DNA of 27,445 nucleotides from an uncultured virus (IMG/VR IMGVR_UViG_2061766007_002383) (Duplodnaviria > Heunggongvirae > Uroviricota > Caudoviricetes): the IMG/VR virus record IMGVR_UViG_2061766007_002383; one strand, written 5' to 3'. This document shows, one piece after another, positions 26,183-27,445 of the stretch. Numbering within the stretch: the first letter of the stretch is position 1; the number at the start of each line of letters is the position of its first letter. A model generated the notes under the pieces. It saw nothing but the letters and a program-made list of their open reading frames with translations, ran no database searches and was not told the origin of the DNA. Position numbers and translations under genes: made by a program.

Positions 26183-26851
26183 CTAGTAACAAGGTTGCTC
26201 TGCCCAAAACAAGCCATCTTCTTCGTTGGCTTCGTGATGGAAACTCCATTGTAAACAGTCTTCTATATTCTTGAATGATGCTCTTACTCTGCCACCATTG
26301 TAGTGACTGCAGTAGATTTCTTCAAATTTATGTCTTTCTTTGCCTTCTGCATAGTATTTGGTAGATTCTTCATCACCATTATACCCTACAAGTTGATTAG
26401 CAGTTCTACAAGCATCTATGAATCTACGATTATTGCTATCGTAGTAACTCCAGTCTACACACCAAAATGGAAGTTTTAAGACTTCTTTTGTGATTTCAAA
26501 AGCCCCATCAACGAAATTAGCAATAAAGAATGATTCTAATTCGTTTTTTGTATATTCAAAGTCATTTTTGATAATAGTCTTTGAATCTACAAATTCTGAT
26601 GTAGGTATAGTGAATTTAATGTCATATACATTGCTTGTATCTGCATATTTACTGTAATCTAAAGTTGTAGCATCACTATATATACCAGTCAAGCAACGCA
26701 TTTCATCCACACATTTCTCCAAATTAGTATCTTCTTTTGCTAATTCGTTTTCTAGTCTATTGCAGATTATTCTGAAGTTAGATAGGTCGCAACAAAGGTA
26801 ACCATTGTTAACTTCTTTATTATGTTTATAAATATCTTCCATAGTTCTCAT
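26183..26851 (-). CDS. Hypothetical protein
   Basis: ORF track; AGGTGAT SD directly after the triple hairpin. Confidence 0.8.
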   Translation of the reverse strand: MRTMEDIYKHNKEVNNGYLCCDLSNFRIICNRLENELAKEDTNLEKCVDEMRCLTGIYSDATTLDYSKYADTSNVYDIKFTIPTSEFVDSKTIIKNDFEYTKNELESFFIANFVDGAFEITKEVLKLPFWCVDWSYYDSNNRRFIDACRTANQLVGYNGDEESTKYYAEGKERHKFEEIYCSHYNGGRVRASFKNIEDCLQWSFHHEANEEDGLFWAEQPCY

Positions 26852-26862
26852 TTTATCACCTT

Positions 26863-26930
26863 TAATCGCTTCTGCGATTATATAAGCACCTATTGAGTAA
26901 CAGATGCTTATATAATGGCAGATGCCATTA
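26863..26930 (-). repeat. 68-nt triple-hairpin intergenic element, copy 2
   Basis: Minus strand TAATGGC-atct-GCCATTA | TATAAGCATCTGTT-actc-AATAGGTGCTTATA | TAATCGC-agaa-GCGATTA. Confidence 0.85.
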
Positions 26931-27356
26931 TAAATCGTGTGCTATGCAGTACATTGTTTCTGCATAGGACTCTTCTTGTCTTTCTAGGGATTTTGATAAG
27001 TCTTCATTGATTGGCAAATGGTCTATAAAGACTTCATTGATGAAGATTTTGACATTATCTAATCCTAAATCGTGGATTATGTTGCCTTTACTCAACATAT
27101 AGAGTAAAGTTTCTTCGTTTATGTAATATGTGGTTTTTATGTAATTAGAGTCATATTCCTTGAGAACAACTTTACCATTCTCAATTGTATAGTATTGGTT
27201 TTGTTCTAGGCTCACACAAACTGTGAATTCGCCTTTAAACAAACTAATAACAATATCTTTAATTATAGGCTTATGTTCCCAGTCATTATCTAATAAAGCA
27301 CCCCAAGTGCTTTTTACATATCTTAAAAACTGTTGGTATTCTTCTTTTCCATTCAT
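26928..27356 (-). CDS. Hypothetical protein
   Basis: ORF track; AGGTGAC SD. Confidence 0.8.
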   Translation of the reverse strand: MNGKEEYQQFLRYVKSTWGALLDNDWEHKPIIKDIVISLFKGEFTVCVSLEQNQYYTIENGKVVLKEYDSNYIKTTYYINEETLLYMLSKGNIIHDLGLDNVKIFINEVFIDHLPINEDLSKSLERQEESYAETMYCIAHDL

Positions 27357-27379
27357 ATTGTCACCTTAAAATTTAATTG

Positions 27380-27444
27380 AGCCATATTGGTAGCATTTGA
27401 ATCCTTTTGTTTTTAAAAAGGATTTGATTGCTTTATTATTGGCT
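27380..27444. other. Long interrupted inverted repeat upstream of an SD
   Basis: Nested pairs AGCCA/TGGCT, AGCA/TGCT, AATCCTTTT/AAAAGGATT. Confidence 0.55.
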
Positions 27445-27445
27445 A

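Larger units (their letters stand above)
1..27445 (-). mobile_element. Accessory/early gene region of a probable archaeal virus or provirus (Methanobacteriales-like host)
   Basis: About 75 co-oriented short hypothetical ORFs, archaeal SD motifs (GGTGAT/GGAGATGAT), methanogen-type wHTH, phage-type conserved hypotheticals; no hallmark virion genes in window. Confidence 0.75.

Noticed and set aside
24408..26930. CRISPR array or mini-array interpretation of the repeated hairpin elements
   Set aside because: The middle 30-32 nt segment is itself a hairpin, the flanks are not direct repeats of each other beyond TAAT..ATTA, and no cas genes are present
1..27445. Stop-codon reassignment
   Set aside because: TAA, TAG and TGA all end genes directly before SD-start junctions; coding density is already near complete in the standard code

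Overview
AT-rich window packed with about 75 short ORFs, all on the minus strand and mostly abutting or overlapping (ATGA/TAATG). Nearly all are preceded by GGTGAT or GGAGATGAT Shine-Dalgarno motifs complementary to the archaeal 16S 3' end. This architecture and a Methanobrevibacter-type winged-helix regulator (2243-2533) suggest the accessory/early region of a large virus or provirus of a Methanobacteriales host. That is an inference: no capsid, terminase, integrase or replication gene lies in the window. The strongest unexplained signal is a 68-nt element of three directly abutting hairpins, found twice (24408-24475, 26863-26930) between a stop codon and the next RBS. Its middle stem covaries between copies and has G.U pairs only on the coding strand. 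Other structured junctions include a 59-nt tRNA-like mini-cloverleaf with a T-loop (21950-22008) and hairpins at 3910-3940, 16122-16149 and 27380-27444. The window also holds a modular MTxKRF...LNELxxENEQLK paralog array sharing DNA micro-repeats, chains of coupled micro-ORFs missed by the ORF track, a dispersed Cys-rich miniprotein motif and many very acidic proteins. Several N gaps split ORFs artificially.
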